DNA from: Octopus sinensis
Lineage: Eukaryota
DNA: 64,000 nucleotides
Reading direction: 5' to 3'
Assembly: GCF_006345805.1 (NCBI RefSeq)
Contig: NC_043008.1
Coordinates: forward strand, 77,748,001-77,812,000
The notes below the pieces were generated by a model. It was not told the DNA's origin and made no database searches. It saw only the letters and a list, made by a program, of their open reading frames with translations. Shown one piece after another: positions 13,009-25,094 of this stretch. The position numbers were made by a program, and so were the translations under genes. Numbering within the stretch: the first letter of the stretch is position 1; every line of letters begins with the position of its first letter.

Positions 13009-13046
13009 TGGGACCCTTCCATCGAAAGCCGGTGATTGTCGTGCGC

Positions 13047-14692
13047 GTCGTTGAAGTGTTGCTTTTTTGCAGAGTTGGAGTTTATGATATTGTGAGTTGC
13101 AGAAATTGTTATAAGAAATTTTTAATTTTCAAAATTCAACTACAATGTAGTTGAATTTTGAAAATTATTTTGTAGCTACCCTTTGTAGGTATGCAAACAA
13201 CAAGTTACGCCCAAGCAGCAAGCAAAAGTCTGTCAGACGACATGTTACAGCTGAAAGAAGTATTAATTGAGAAGGAAGGTTTGAAGAAATATTTCGAAAA
13301 TTTCAAGAAGGAGGGTGATTGCTTATGGATCACACCGCCGGAGGAAGACGCAGAAAAAGCGAGGAAAAAGATTATTGTATATAGAACGTGGAGTGTGGCC
13401 AACAAGAAAATAGAAGTGGCAGAAACAGACGACATTGAGGAATGTCTTACGGAAATTAAAGATAGAACGACCTTCTACGCAAGAGGAAGGAAGTTCGCCA
13501 CAGTGGAGGTGCAGTTTGAAAGTGAGGAGGAGGCCAAGAAACACGCTATCATGATATTAAGAACAGCTGGATGGGTGCTTCTTCCGACCTATTGTGGGAA
13601 ACGAACAACGAATGTGAAAATAGGAAAGGTGCCACCGGAGTTAGAGGTAGAGAGACTTGTAGCTGCTATAATTTATAATTGTAAGGAGGATGTGGACATC
13701 CTAAAGGTTGAAAAATCGAGAGACGTCAACTGGTGGGGTTATGGTGTGGAAGCACTGATACATATAACCCTGCCAGACTTGTACAACATTGCGGAAGAGT
13801 TAGTGCTCCCCGACGAAACCCGACTGAGAGTGGTGGTGGAGGGGAGACTACCAATATGTTATAACTGTAAAAGAATGGGACATATGCAAGCAAGGTGTTC
13901 CCTAAGAGAAGCGCGGGCAGAAGAGGAGGAAATGCGCAGTGACGCAGCGAGAGTGGAGGAAGAAGAAAAAGAGGAAGAAGAAAAAGTTGAAGAAAAAACG
14001 GCAGAAAGAAAGAGAACAAGGGTGGAGTCACCACCAAAAAGCCCAAAGAAAAGTAAAGTAGAAAATGAAGGAAGAAAGACAACAGCAATTAGAAAAAGTA
14101 CAGAGATTCGAACCCAGGAACTGAAGACAATGACAATGAGAGAAGAAGGTAAAGCCAGAAAAGAGAAATGCGGAGAATGGAGGAGGAAGGTGATGGAGAG
14201 AGTAAATCATGTAAAACAAACAGGACGACCTACGGGAGAAAACATAAGAAGCTTAATTTTTTACGAAAAAAATATGGAGATTGAAAAAAGATTAACAAAA
14301 ACAAAAGGACTGATACGAGTGAAATTAGAAAACGGCATGTTCGATCCAAGCGCTAGAGCGGTGTTAATAGAAAAAGAAAAAATAGACAAATTGGTAGACA
14401 TTTAAAGAAAAGATTAAAGTAAGTAAAATAGACGTTCGCTATGATAGCCTGCCCAACGTGATTGGGATGGAGGATATCATCTAATATATATATGATGGAT
14501 AAGTGGAACAGTTGCAAAATGTATAAATGAAACTGCGAGCTTGAGGGACTCGTAAGCCATTCCATTTCCCATTACACATAACTCATTTCATATTCATTAT
14601 TTGTTTTATGTACCCCAAATTTTGTATTGTTTTGTATGTAAATTGTAATGTCCTTTTTTATATTCAGTCTACATGCCTATAATAAAGAGAAA
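13047..14692 (+). mobile_element. ORF1-only (half-LINE, HAL1-like) Tx1-related non-autonomous retroelement with a 16-bp target-site duplication
   Basis: Flanked by GGTGATTGTCGTGCGC (13031-13046) and GGTGATTGCCGTGCGC (14693-14708). It has a 144-bp 5' UTR, one ORF and a 3' UTR ending AATAAAGAGAAA, with no endonuclease or RT sequence. Confidence 0.85.
13191..14405 (+). CDS. LINE ORF1p-like nucleic-acid-binding protein, 404 aa (RRM-like region, CCHC zinc knuckle, charged tail)
   Basis: Uninterrupted ORF with CYNCKRMGHMQARC (CX2CX4HX4C). VEVQFESEEEA..LPTYCGKR..VKIGKVPPE..NWWG..RVVVEGRLP aligns with ORF1 at 55130-55600 and 8194-8493. Confidence 0.9.
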   Translation: MQTTSYAQAASKSLSDDMLQLKEVLIEKEGLKKYFENFKKEGDCLWITPPEEDAEKARKKIIVYRTWSVANKKIEVAETDDIEECLTEIKDRTTFYARGRKFATVEVQFESEEEAKKHAIMILRTAGWVLLPTYCGKRTTNVKIGKVPPELEVERLVAAIIYNCKEDVDILKVEKSRDVNWWGYGVEALIHITLPDLYNIAEELVLPDETRLRVVVEGRLPICYNCKRMGHMQARCSLREARAEEEEMRSDAARVEEEEKEEEEKVEEKTAERKRTRVESPPKSPKKSKVENEGRKTTAIRKSTEIRTQELKTMTMREEGKARKEKCGEWRRKVMERVNHVKQTGRPTGENIRSLIFYEKNMEIEKRLTKTKGLIRVKLENGMFDPSARAVLIEKEKIDKLVDI

Positions 14693-14753
14693 GGTGATTG
14701 CCGTGCGCTGATGACGGGTCAATACCCAGAAACTGCAGTCCGTGCGTATCACT
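14693..14753 (+). ncRNA. Type I hammerhead-ribozyme-like motif
   Basis: Core CTGATGA (14708-14714), stem II GGGT-caat-ACCC with a flanking C.A mismatch, GAAA (14729-14732), palindromic short stem III ACTGCAGT and cleavage triplet GTC (14738-14740). Stem I is CGTGCG/CGTGCG (6 bp with G.U pairs) plus distal GGTGAT/ATCACT. Confidence 0.75.
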
Positions 14754-14903
14754 TAGTTTGACGAGGGAAGGATGACCTCCCTTTGTAAAAACCAATAGGG
14801 CACATAAAGTGTGTCAATAGCCAGCTGGAGATTTTTTTCTGGGGCTACAAGCTACAGTAACATCAACCCTTAGTGGTTAGCCATATTTAGATGGCAAATA
14901 TAC

Positions 14904-14947
<44 letters not shown>

Positions 14948-15001
14948 ACACATTAAATGAAGATGAAGCACTATACATCTACAATAGAGCTTTATTTTTT
15001 T

Positions 15002-15321
15002 ACAGCCTTTTGTACAGTATACACTCTTTAAACTTCATCCAATATGTGTTTCTTTCGCATGGATATCTTATTATGCGGTGTCCATTTGCATGCTGTTGGT
15101 TCGGCTGCATAAAGATTTCATCGTGAAATCCTTGTTAAACGTATCCATGCAGTTTTATTCAAGGTGTTGCCACTAGTAGCATATCAAACGAACTAAAGTA
15201 TAATGGTTTTAAGTCTTATACTTCAGGTAAGGGACAGTTGTGATAAGTGCAAAGGATAGCAGAAATAGTGCGGAGAAATACGAATTTAACCCAAGAGTGA
15301 CCCTTAAGTTTAGGAGCAGTG
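15002..15321. repeat. 320-bp direct repeat, copy 1 (copy 2 at 16909-17227)
   Basis: Essentially identical non-microsatellite sequence. The only difference seen is one T in a homopolymer. Confidence 0.95.
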
Positions 15322-16453
15322 TCCTGAAAGGCTAATTAAAAAACTAGTTCAAATGTTTTTCGTCCACTATCCTTAAGCGATATGGACAGATATAATTTCT
15401 ACGAGAAACATATGCATTAAGAGCCGATTAGAACTTAGAAATATAATATACAAAGAATTTAGAATAGGTTACATCAAACTACAGGAAAATCAGAATTACT
15501 TGGTAAATCAACCTTAGATCTATATGTAGGTAATATCCTACTAGATATATATGAGAGTACTCTATATGGAAAATATTTACACACAAAGGAGAATAATTAG
15601 TTTTGAGATGTCTAGAACGAATCAATATTACGTAAAAGATGGTAAGAGCTAAGAAGGTATTAAAGGACTGTAGATAAAGAAATAATCAAGGAAAAACTGA
15701 GTTGGGGTAGAAATTGCTAATAGAATATTAAAGGCAAACTAGTTAATCCCCCACTGTTGTCCTAGTAAATTCTTAGTATCGCCAACCCAAGTAATACGTA
15801 ATTTAAAATCTTCTATAGGGAAATATTTGAACACTTTTCAGTGGTAATACGAGCATTTCGGGGCTAATTACTCAATAATTATATTTAGACATGAAAATAT
15901 GGAATATTTCCTCCGAGCATAAATAGAATTTCTTACACCCAATTTGCACTTTTGTTTGAAATATAACTCTTCAAGAATTCTAGAAAATAATTAACTTTGA
16001 ACAAATTGAAAATATTAGTTGATCATTAGAAGTGACAGTCAGCTATTTAAAAGCAGTGTGGTATAATATTTTGTCTGAATGCATTAATTATTTTAGTGAC
16101 TTCGGTAATCCAGTAAACCAAATCATTGATGATGTTGCTTATAGAATTCTTCCTTTCTTTACCATATAGGGAGGGTAGAGACTGTCAGCTGGTGGAGCCT
16201 ATGAGAGGTTAATATAATGCAAGATAATGAAATATCTGTCTTGTAAATGCATTCTTATACTTATTTTACAAATAAGTTGATTGAGTCAGTAGAAATGAAA
16301 TGTTTGGAGGGAAAATACAGAGTATCACACCCTGAATAAGATATAAACTTGACGATAGTAAAATATTCTGGAAGCAGAACTGGCAAAAAAAGTGAGTAAA
16401 ATAACGTAAGATTGATGGAATTCAAAAATAGAGTTACTATTTATTGAAAATAA

Positions 16454-16670
16454 GGTGGCGAGCTGACAGAATGATTAGCACACCGGGCAAAGCGCGTAGC
16501 GATAATTCGTCGGTCTTTATGATCTGAGTTCAAATGCCACCTGGGTCGATTTTGCCTTTCATCTTTTCGGGATCGATAAAATAAGTACCAGTTGAGTACT
16601 GGCATCGATGTAATCGATTTACCTTCTCCCAAGAACTTGCTGGCCTTCTGCCAAAATTTGAAACCAATAT
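16454..16670 (+). mobile_element. Octopus-type tRNA-like SINE, near full length
   Basis: GGTGGCGAGCTGACAGAATG..GAGTTCAAATG..TTTGCCTTTCATC..CGATAAAATAAGTACCAG..CCAAAATTTGAAACC, homologous to the copies at 6036 and 32301. Confidence 0.85.
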
Positions 16671-16908
16671 TTATCAAAAATATATATATAGAATTTAGTT
16701 TGTTTAGAAATTGAGAATAACAACCCATAGACATCAGAAAATCAGAGAAAAGTTTGAAGGACTAAAAATAAAAAAGAAAGAAAATTGAAAATAAGATTAT
16801 GAGATATGTACAACACAGATTCAAATTATGAAGGTTCCCAAGACAGAAACAGTGAGGTGACATTTGGTGTTTGCAATGGTAAATTTTAGGTGCGAATGAT
16901 GTTAGCAA

Positions 16909-17227
16909 ACAGCCTTTGTACAGTATACACTCTTTAAACTTCATCCAATATGTGTTTCTTTCGCATGGATATCTTATTATGCGGTGTCCATTTGCATGCT
17001 GTTGGTTCGGCTGCATAAAGATTTCATCGTGAAATCCTTGTTAAACGTATCCATGCAGTTTTATTCAAGGTGTTGCCACTAGTAGCATATCAAACGAACT
17101 AAAGTATAATGGTTTTAAGTCTTATACTTCAGGTAAGGGACAGTTGTGATAAGTGCAAAGGATAGCAGAAATAGTGCGGAGAAATACGAATTTAACCCAA
17201 GAGTGACCCTTAAGTTTAGGAGCAGTG
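16909..17227. repeat. 320-bp direct repeat, copy 2
   Basis: Matches 15002-15321. Confidence 0.95.
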
Positions 17228-19247
17228 GCGCTTCGTATTGCACAAATTATAGTTTGTGAGTGCAAAACTGCAGGAAGCAATTTAAACCAAACGCATTTGC
17301 TAAATTCTGTCTTCATTTAAATATTTGTTTACAGAATCAGGAACTGGTTTCAGGTCATTGTCCCAATCCCCACTCCCCAAAGAAGTAATCATCAAATCGA
17401 GATGAAAGATGCAAAAGTGTGTGTGTGTGTGTGTGTTTGTGTGTATGTGTATGTATAATTAAATCTATTTATATTTATATGCATACATATATACATCGCA
17501 TATATACGTTATATACATGTATAAAACATACAAACATTATGCATAATACCCACATAAAACATACAAAAGTATATTTATAAACATACATATATATGTGTTG
17601 GTAATCTCACAGCTAACTTAACGTAAGTAGCTGAAGCGACATAATGAAGACACATCTGGACCAGTGCGGTCCCGTAAATTAGAAAACATAATTTTATTTC
17701 TACAAAGAAATATTTCGCATTGTTGTCATAATAGAACAGAGAATACTTTCACAAATATGAAAAACATGTTAAATGGAAATTTTTAAAAATCAGTTTGGAG
17801 ATACAATATTTAAAACCTTTAAGCTGCATCAGCTGAAAGAACCTACGGCTTGAAATCTAAACTATAAATTTTTGTGCTATAAACACAAAATGCCAGACAT
17901 CCAAGATCAGTCTACGGTTGCAGCTTCAATGTAAACAACTTAATCTCTTTAAAATACAAACCATCATTAAACACGTTGGAAGTCACTGGAGTCAGTATGG
18001 AGAAGAAATGTCTTCAACCAGCTGTATGGACGGAAGAATTCGAACAGGGTTATTGCAAACATGTTGAACAAAAATAATTAAAATTTAACGTCACTGTGTT
18101 GGACACGACCCTAAATTATAAGAAAATCTCCATGCTCAGATCTTATCTCAGGATATTATCTCGAGAATCTCACCTTTTAGATGTGCCAAAATAGGTTTCA
18201 GCTTCAATTACTGTTTTCGTTATAAAAACAAATACTGAAGAATCCAAGCAAAAATTAGCAGTCAATACCCTTCCAGAACATTAGATATATGATACACTAG
18301 ATAGCGGAATGTATTCTTACAGGATAGCTGTGTCGCCAACAAAATTATATAACATGCTGTGTGAAAATAAATTAATTAAAATCTGAAGTTAAAGATATGT
18401 GCTCATTCATAAATTTACAAATGTATTTCTGTGTGAAATGTCTGATTTTATGTTAAGAATGTCTGCATGCATTTGAGGAAAACACATTTCGCCACACAAA
18501 TGAAATTTATTGAATAGTTCTAATTCCATTAACAATCATGATGAATGTATGTTACATAAGCAAAGGATATGTTAATATAGCTTGTTTCAAATTCAATGGC
18601 TTAAATCATTTCGTCCAAGACAGGATACGAGGAGTAGAATTAAGAGACTAAAATGCAATGTAGATAATTGAAGAATGTTATTTGAGTTTGGTACCATTTA
18701 TAACATTCTTTCACTATAGTTGGTATAGTAGATTGATGGACTGTGTTGGGTTTTCCAACATTAGAAAATTAGGGACTTCTACAGAGATATTCTCTGAAGT
18801 AACATTAGAATAATAAACTTTATAAGCGAAAATAGATATTTGTATAATAGTTATGGGAATCAAAATTTCTGATATATTCATTGAAATTTCAAGAGAACTT
18901 TGAAATTAATATCAACATTTTCATTTATTTATGACAATTTACAACGAAAGTAAACTAGGTACAAGACAGCTGGAAAAATGGAGTCGACAGACTGGAAAAT
19001 TCTCATCGCTTCCTAGAAAACTAAAATGACGTTATCAAAAGGAGATCCCCCCACCAATGTAGCAGCCTTCCTTAGCTCTTGTTACAGCATGTCTCTTGGA
19101 GGAGATGACACCGATATAAGACCAGAAGTAGAGGGAATGGCATTGAATAAAGTACAGTGTCAAGTACACCATTGCAGCGCACGCGACTTGAAGTCTTTTT
19201 CGAAGTTACATTATAGAAAAAAAAAGTTTCAATTTTCTAATATCATT

Positions 19248-19859
<612 letters not shown>

Positions 19860-20131
19860 CATATATACATAATATTATCTAAATCTATATATTTATAGCA
19901 ATGGTTTTTCCCTTCAAACTTGATTCTACATTTTGGTGATGTTCTCCATATATCTATATAAATCATTCTCCAAATAAAACTGCACTTCGCTTTTGAAGCT
20001 CCAACAACGTCCTAAGGTGATAAATAAGCACTCAACTTTGATTGCACTGCAACTTACAGCAGAAATACTAATAAGTTAAGCAGTTGATTACTTAATTTCT
20101 AGTTCCCTTGCCATATATATATATATAATAT

Positions 20132-20210
<79 letters not shown>

Positions 20211-20999
20211 TGAATAAAATGTGGGAAAAGGAATTTCCAAATCGATCAGGTACACACCCTTTAGCATTACATGCATTTTAATATGGAGAATATATACCGT
20301 GTATCCCACATCAGCATATCGTGCAGTGGGGTCATGATTATAAATTATTTATACATATTTATATAGAAATATACAAAATATATGATAATAGATAATTAAT
20401 AATGGTTCAGTTATTGGGATTTCAATGAATAGATTTGTGGGTATTCCATTTCAGATAATGCAAAAAGAATATAACCAGTATTTATGATGGAAAACTCATG
20501 GTATTTATATGCACATCAAGAAGTAATACTTGAGGATAAAACCAGTACAATAACAGGGTATGAAATATACTACCATAATTAACCCTTACTTGAGTTACAA
20601 TTATAATTAAAAAGGTACTACACGTGTTTCTGTATTGAAAGATCAGAATATATGTAATCCTCAGATTTACTATTCTACCAACACACCTTCAGGATCTTCA
20701 GCTATTTTAAATCATAAAAATTAAGCAGATCACTATGGACATTTATAGGTGATTAGTTCTAAGGGGCTAATTCCACTACGCATAGTTTAAATCAAATTAT
20801 CTGCTTTTATTATGATATTCTATCCAGCTATGTTGAGGGAGATATATAATTTGTTATAATGTCATATTTAATAATGTTTGATTAATCAATTTATTTAACT
20901 ATTTATATAATCTAGTCAAGTACTGTATAAACAAAAGTGTGTGGTGATGAGATTCAAGGGGGGTGAGCGGTTCAGTATTTCATTTTATTGAAAGTAAAT

Positions 21000-21780
21000 T
21001 TACTTTGGTGTCTACATTTCACTCCTTTATCTTATGTGTTTAGTAACTCGTCTCTAGACTGTATCAGTTTTATAAACTCTGTTATACATAATAAGCACAT
21101 TTTATTCCCAATATCATAAGAGTGGGATCTATCTTTTATACTACAATTGAGGGTATACTCTCTTTTACTAGATTTCAATTCCTATGTAAATTTACTTAAA
21201 CCTGTGGACTTACTTAAATTGGGATTTCTAAAAGTCTGGTAATGTTTGGAGATTCTTTTTTAATTTAATTAGCTGCAGATCCTATATATACGTTATTTAT
21301 ATATTTATTCTTTTTCTTAGAGATTACTATACATTCATAAATTACATTGTCAATATTACAATTATTAGAGAGCTTACGTTTAGTCTTATAATGACATGAA
21401 CATTTATCTATATGTAGTTTATGACTTCTGTCACTAGCGATTATATAGCTAAAACTATTATTTATTGTGCTGTTATAATAATTATTTAATTTCTTATTAT
21501 TTATTGGGAAGATATTACCAACATTCCTCGATGTTGAGTAGCCCACTCTTATGGTTTTATCAGAAAATATATTAGAATAAATGTTGACCTTTTCAACAGA
21601 CACTTTTTCAATTTTTAGTATCTTTTTAATAATATGAGTCATCACTTGAGCCCATTATGGAATAATTAATACTCATTCTAACAGAAAAATATGAATAATA
21701 ACAGACAATATTGTCTCCCCTTATTCTCAGGAGCTGGATAACTCCTACCCCATTTCCTGTTTTGACACATAAACATCCAA
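21000..21780 (-). mobile_element. PLE remnant: RT thumb and GIY-YIG endonuclease
   Basis: KTIRVGYSTSRNVGNI..CSCHYK..NVIYECIV..VYIGSAAN, continuing past a stop as KRISKHYQTF..STGLSKF..MCLLCITE. Confidence 0.8.
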
Positions 21781-22160
21781 CTTTTTCAAACAAAACACTA
21801 CACTAAAACACATGCATCCTAAACCTCCAAAGACGCTTTTCCATTGAACTCTAAAAGCATAAAGACACTACAATGTATTGGCATACTTATTTATTAATTT
21901 TTGTATATATTTATTATTTTTCGAAAAAACATTGTAAATTTCTTTATTGCCCTTCCACAATTTAAAAAAAAAAATTCCCCTTCCAAATCTTGAAAATTTG
22001 CCTCGCAATAAAAGCCGGATTGAACTCTTTTTTAATTTTTCATACATCCATTTTTATTAAAATTTACTTTCAATTAACATTCTGCCTTATTACTTTTTCT
22101 TCTCCTATCATTTCTCCACGTGCGGTTAACACAACCCCACCATTATATATATATATATAT

Positions 22161-22207
<47 letters not shown>

Positions 22208-23481
22208 ATGTATATGTATATGTATGTACTTACATATAAGAGACCAAAGTGTACGTACAACACTATATGTATATAAAAGAAGAATACAAAAATTGGGACA
22301 AGAACGCAAAACATCCAGACAGAGGGACGGTGCAGAAACATAACAACTACCTACGTAAGAGAGACTGCACGCAGCATAGCAGAGCGTACAGGCGAACACT
22401 GGCGAGAACTCAAAGAAGGTAAAAGGTCGTCAGTACTCTACCAACATGTTCAGGCAGAGCATGGTGGCTCGATTGAGAGCGTAGAGGTTAAAGTACTATC
22501 GATACATAGAACTGACACAGCACTTTAAAGAAGCTACACACATAACAGCAGACAAACAGAGCCTCAATAGAAAACATGAATGGAACAGTAACACCCACCA
22601 CCACATCGCACCACATGACTAAAGACAGTTGGGATTGAAGAGAGAGGGAAAGGTAAGGGAAAATCCGTAAATAAAACACAGATACATACGATATGTATGT
22701 GTGCACTTACCAATGATACTTGTGAAAAATAGAGATAGATGTATTAAAAAATAAACAAATAAGTGAATAAATAGATATGTAAATAGATAAATAAACGAAT
22801 ATATAAATGCATCTGCCACATACCTGTGATAAATGTAAGACAGAGATAGATAAAATAAATAGATAAAGCTATATAGATGGCATGCATACATACGAAGCGA
22901 TGATGGCAATAACAAAAACAGCAACAACTACCACGATGGTAACACCGTGAGCGAGGACACAGAAGAATACAAGAATTGTACTTTAATTTTCTTGGGTCTT
23001 AGAGCGGCAGCAGCAGAATGGTGTGAGAGGATGCGACTGAGGAGAAGGCCTCATTACTGCTAAAATCTAAGTCACACACACAAGCATACACACACCCATA
23101 CTCACACACACACATACACACACACACAGAAACAAGGACGCAAACGCATGTGCACATAAGGATACTCATATTAGAAGAACAGAATGGAGTAAGTGGAGCA
23201 AGAACACACACGGAAACGAAAAGTGTTGCTGAAGAGGTCACAGATGTGTGGCGAAAGATTTTCGGACAATGGATAGGCGTTAGAAATTTTTAAAAAATAA
23301 CAATAATGAACGAGTGAAGAAATAATATATAGTGCGCATATTTATTTGGCAAAAAAAAAAGAATAAATAATAAAATGACCATCCCGAAATACAATATAAA
23401 TATATATACACACAAACGCACATATCACACACACACACACACAGATACACACATATATATATGTATATATATATATATATG

Positions 23482-23611
23482 TATTGTTATATTTCGGAAT
23501 GGTCATATTGCCAGTTTAGCCAATAAAAACACACGCACTATATATTTGGTGTTATTTTGCTTCAGTGATATTGCTAAACTGGCAATATGACCATTACGAA
23601 ATATAACAATA
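23482..23611. mobile_element. 130-bp MITE with ~44-bp terminal inverted repeats
   Basis: TATTGTTATATTTCGGAATGGTCATATTGCCAGTTTAGCCAATA and its near-perfect reverse complement, with TA at both ends. Partial end copies at about 23375-23398 and 30290-30330. Confidence 0.75.
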
Positions 23612-23670
23612 TCTGTTTCAACACACGACTTCACATAAAAAATCTTGCACAACAAATATTTAAACGTATA

Positions 23671-23717
<47 letters not shown>

Positions 23718-24929
23718 TTTCTGACTCTTTACCATCTTATTGCCTAAACCAGCGAGCCAATTTTCACCAAAAATGCATACATGTTACACTAACATTCAGT
23801 TCAATAATAGGTTAATTGGATTTCAATAAAAGTCTATGATATGCCCCCTAGAGGGGTTGGGCTAATTATATTATAAAAGGAGAAGGGTACAAAAACTATT
23901 AGTCTTAGGGAAACATAGTAGCAGAGTGCGAATGATATCAGCGAAGTGGTGTACAGCGTTCTGTAAGCAACAACTATGGTGTGGCAAGGGAATCAACAGT
24001 TGTCATATACGTGCGACGCTGCATACATACTTTCATGAATACTTAGATACAAGCTTACACATACCCACTCAAACACACACACACACATACAAGTAACTTT
24101 TAAAACACCGATTAAGGGAAAGAAAGGTGGGTATAAGGAAGACGTAGCTTTAAGGAGAGAGGGGGTATGTGACTTTGTATACATATACATATATATACAT
24201 ACGTACGTACATACATATATACATAAATATATCGACCATAGACCATATTCAACTCGTGATTACCTGTGTGTACGGTTGTAAATGTGTGTGTGTGTGTGTG
24301 TGACGTCCTATAAACTTCTGTCTCTCTACTCTTGTAGGGTCTTCCCCTAGTGTGAGAATTTAAAATTTCACCAAAATTTTCGAATTTAGTATATTGAAAT
24401 AATTTCCCATATTAAATCCGATTTTATTATTCCTTTGTTCCAGAAAAATGTTACTGAGATTTAAGGTTTAATCAAATTTACCTAATCAGAAAACAGGATT
24501 TGGAAGCTGGCATTTTCTGCATGATAGCTGTCAATCACAGAATGAAGGCAAAATCATAACGAGGAGGAACTTTTATAAAACAAACGAAAGCAAATCATTA
24601 CGATGACCAACGTTGTAAGAACTTCTGAAGTTTTAATAAGTTTTAATGAATAAAATCATGTGAAACGGTTGAACAGACATGTAAATAATTTCAAAAGGAC
24701 AAAGATCCTCAGGAAAGTTCTTTTGTGAAAAATTACACAAATATGTCCTGATAAAGAGGCCTATCTATCGGGGACGGCATGTGTGACATGGAATAAACAA
24801 AACTTTATATAAGACATTCTATTGTAGAAATTGTCTGGCAACGACGGGCCATTCAGCTAGTGTATGTATGTATGTATGTATTTATGCATGTATGTACTAT
24901 GCATGTATGTATGTATGTATGTATGTATG

Positions 24930-24976
<47 letters not shown>

Positions 24977-25040
24977 ATATATATATATATATGTATATAC
25001 ATATATATATATATATATATATACACACATTAAATGAATT

Positions 25041-25072
<32 letters not shown>

Positions 25073-25094
25073 ATATATATATATATATAACAAC

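Noticed and set aside
14708-14790. TGATGA as box C of a C/D snoRNA
   Set aside because: There is no box D (CTGA) at a suitable distance, and the hammerhead topology explains all three stems.
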